A stretch of 63,944 nt of DNA, the filler included, from Chiloscyllium plagiosum (Eukaryota): the NCBI RefSeq assembly GCF_004010195.1. It is 5 parts of one record of this genome, joined end to end, with 100 filler letters (N's around TTAATTAATTAA, not from the genome) between each part and the next. Parts side by side here need not be neighbours in the genome. Positions count along the whole stretch, not along the records: positions 56,512 to 62,439 come from NC_057714.1; positions 62,540 to 63,944 come from NC_057714.1; 3 more parts are not named here. One strand, given 5' to 3'. Positions 60,691 to 63,944 of the stretch are shown piece after piece. Each line of letters begins with the position of its first letter. Position 1 is the stretch's first letter. The notes under the pieces are model-generated. The model saw nothing but the letters and a program-made list of their open reading frames with translations, was not told where the DNA came from and ran no database searches. A program made the translations under genes and the position numbers.

Positions 60691-61374
60691 TGCTTCGACA
60701 CATACACGTCCATTTTGGTCTCTCTCTAGTGTGTGAGGATCTTGTGACGAGCCAGAACAACCATAAAAAAACAAAGACAGCAATGTTTACTTTACGAAAG
60801 ACACCTGACAAAACCTTAAAAGTTATTCCCAACCAGAGTGACTGAGCTGGGTTCATACATTTTTTGTTCTTGCTAGAACTTCACTTGCACAGTTGGCTGT
60901 CAGCCCTCAGCTTATTGCATGCCATAATCCTCAAGGATAGTTATTATTTTTGATTTATTAATGTAATAAATTCTTGACTTTTTGTTTCAACCGTGGTTCT
61001 GATCTCATCAACTCTGTGAAAGCAGACAAGAAACTTGCCTTGAACCAATGTTAATACTAAAGCAACTGTAATACATTGAATATTTCCATGATGACATGGA
61101 TGTGCTATATTGGTCCTTGCATCAAGAATGTATGAAACACATTAAAACTTCCACTCCCTGTAAATACTATTGTCCCACATCATCAAAATGCCACAACGCA
61201 CCTTCTTCAACTTAGTTATTTTTGCCCTGACCCGTTCTGTTTACCCTCCAACCCAACTGTCCAGTCATCCACCTACTCATCCACTCACCTATCCCATGTT
61301 TACATCAATCTTCTCCAACACCCACTCATCTCACCCATCTATCCACAATGGCATGAGGGAAGGTACTCCAGGAT

Positions 61375-62215
61375 ATTAACCCAGCGACAGTGAAGGAATG
61401 GCAATATATTTCCAAGTCAGGATGGTGAGTGGCTTGGAGGGGAACTTGAAGGTGGTGGTGTTCCCATGTATCTGCTGCTCTTGTCCTTCTAGATGGAAGT
61501 GATCATGGGTTTGGAAGGTGCTGTCTAAGGATCTTTGGTGAAGGTCTTTCTGCTGTTCACCTTGTAGAGAGTACACCCAGGTACTACAGAGTGCCAGTGG
61601 TGGAGGAAATAGATATTAATGCCAATCAATTGTGCTGCTTTGTCCTGAATGGTGTCAAGCTTCTTGAGTGTTGTTGGAGCTGCACTCATCCAGGTAAGTG
61701 TGGACTATTCCATCACACTCCTGACTTGTGCCTTGTAGATGAATTACAGGCTTTAGGGAGTCAGGAGGTGAGTTACTCGCCACAATATTCCTAGCCTCTG
61801 ATCTGTTCTTGTAGCCACTATGTTTATGTGGTGAGTCCAGTTGAGTTTCTCATCAACCTCCAGTATGTTGATGGTGGGGAATTCAGTGATGGAATATCAA
61901 GGCATGGTGGTTAGATTGTTTCTTATTGGACATGGTCATTGCCTGGCATTTGTGTGGTGCAAATGTTACCTGTCAGTTCGAGCCAGGATATTGTCCAGAT
62001 CTTGGTGCATTTGAACGTGAAGTGCTTCAGTATCTGACGAGTTGCAAATCCTGCTGAACATCGTGCAATCATTGGCGAACATCCCCACTTCTGACCTTAT
62101 GATGGAGGGAAGGTCATTGATGAAGCAACTAAAGATGGTTGTGCCTAGACACTGCTCTGAGGAACTCCTGCAGAGAGGTCCTGGAGCTGAGGTGATTGGC
62201 TTCCAACAACCATGG
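61375..62215 (-). mobile_element. LINE (CR1/L2 superfamily) 3' part
   Basis: Minus strand MFANDCTMF (RT), YKAQVRSVMEYS-like, C-terminal LTWKYIAIPSLSLG. Confidence 0.75.
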
Positions 62216-62218
62216 CCT

Positions 62219-62439
62219 TAGAACATAGAACATAGAAGAATACAGCGCAGTACAGGCCCTTCGGCCCTCGATGTTGCGCCGATCCAAGCCCACCTAACCT
62301 ACACTAGCCCACTATCCTCCATATGCCTATCCAATGCACGCTTAAATGCCCATAATGAGGGAGAGTCCACCACTGCTACTGGCAGGGCATTCCATGAACT
62401 CACGACACGCTGAGTAAAGAACCTACCCCTAACATCTCT
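62219..62439 (-). mobile_element. CR1-type LINE extreme 3' end with (ATAGAAC)n tail
   Basis: tagaacatagaacatagaa...ggcagggcattccatgaactcacgacacgctgagtaaagaacctacccct. Confidence 0.8.
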
Positions 62440-62539
62440 NNNNNNNNNNNNNNNNNNNNNNNNNNNNNNNNNNNNNNNNNNNNTTAATTAATTAANNNNN
62501 NNNNNNNNNNNNNNNNNNNNNNNNNNNNNNNNNNNNNNN

Positions 62540-63944
62540 GAATTTGCAACAGCAACAGTATGTGATGGATGGCAGTTATAGAAAGGGGGGAAAGTTTCAG
62601 ATACAGTCACATAGATGGGTTAACTCCAGGAAGGGTGAGAGAGGTAGGCAACTAGAGCAGGAGTCTTTTGTGGATATACCCATTTCAAACAGGTATGCTG
62701 TTTTGGGAAATGGAGGGGGGGATGGATTCTCAGGGGAACGTAGCACGAACAGCCAAGTTTCTGGTATTGAGACTGGCTCTAATGCAAAGAGGGGTACGTC
62801 GGCTTCCAAGAGATCAATTGTGTTAGGGGATTCTGTAGTCAAAGGTATAGACAGATGTTTCTGTGGCCAACAGAGAAAAAGCAGAATGGTGTGTTGTTTC
62901 CCTGGTGCCAGGATCAAGGATGTCTCAGAGAGGGTGTAGAATGTTCTCACGGGGGAGAGGGGCCAGCAGGAGGTCATTGTCCACATTGGAACCAACGACA
63001 TTGGAAGGGAAAAGGTTGAGACTTTGAAGGGAGATTAGAGAGTTAGGTAGAAATTTAAAAAGGAGGTCCTCAAGGGTAGTAATATCTGGATTACTCTCAG
63101 TGCTACGAGCTCGTGAGGACAGGAATAGGAGGATAGAGCAGATGAATGCATGGCCGAGGAGCTGGTGTATGGGAGAAGGATTCACATTTTTGGATCATTG
63201 GAATCTCTTTTGGGGTAGAAGTGACCTGTACAAGAAGGATGGATTGCACCTAAATTGGAAGGGGACTAATATACTGGCAGGGAAATTTGCTAGAACTGCT
63301 TGGGAGGATTTAAACTAGTAAGGTGGGGGGGAGGGACCCAGGGAGATAGTGAGGAAAGAGATCGATCTGAGACGGGCACAGTGAGAACAGACGTGAGTCA
63401 AACAGTCAAGGTAGGACTAATAAATTAAACTGCATTTATTTCAATTCAAGGGACTTAACAGGGAAGGCAGATGAACTCGGGGCATGGTTAGGAACATGGG
63501 AGTGGGATATCATAGCAATTACAGAAACATGGCTCAGGGATGGGCAGGACTGGTAGCTGAATGTTCCAGGATACAAATACTACAGGAAGGATAGAAAGGG
63601 AGGCAAGAGAGGAGGGGGAGTGGCATTTTTGATAAGGGATAGCATTACAACTGTGCTAAGGGAGGATATTCCTGGAAATACATAGAGGGAAGTTATTTGG
63701 GTGGAACTGAGAAATAAGAAAGGGATGATCACCTTATTGGGATTGTATTATAGACCCCCCAATAGTCAGAGGGAAATTAAGAAACAAACTTGTAAGGAGA
63801 TCTTAGCTATCTGTAAGAATAATATGGTGGTTATCGTAGGGGATTTTAACTTTCCAAACATGGACTGGGACTGCCATAGTGTTAAAGATTTAGATGGAGA
63901 AGAATTTCTTAAGTGTGTACAAGACAATTTTCTGATTCAGTATG
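62540..63944 (+). mobile_element. CR1-type LINE: ORF1 (esterase) and start of ORF2 (APE)
   Basis: IVLGDSVVKGIDRCFCG, VHIGTND, DGLHLN; ORF2 WDIIAITETW, GGGVAFLIR, VGDFNFP. Confidence 0.95.

Overview
Vertebrate, almost certainly cartilaginous-fish (shark-like), genomic DNA with several N-gaps. The taxon is inferred from the HE1/V-type SINEs and the CR1, L1 and Penelope families. The window is dominated by nested, mostly decayed retroelements: CR1-type LINEs with an esterase ORF1, L1 LINEs (one ~5.6 kb full-length decayed copy, and one copy with an intact 285-aa ORF1), Penelope-like elements of several families whose terminal repeats carry minimal hammerhead ribozymes, tRNA-derived SINEs, Harbinger remnants, a Gmr1-like Gypsy remnant (integrase before RT) and solo LTRs. 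No host protein-coding gene can be identified confidently, but a CpG-rich promoter-like island at ~44.6-45.2 kb has splice donors on both strands. The most unusual signals are: a 1.2 kb fold-back made of two inverted LTR-like arms with a 4-bp TSD (51204-52437); a PPT+LTR-linked remnant of a class-I-fusion-like env gene (8924-10760); short non-coding ribozyme-bearing mobile units with their own TSDs; and two consecutive retro-insertions at one 13-bp target inside an LTR. All calls were made by eye; boundaries are approximate unless a TSD is given.
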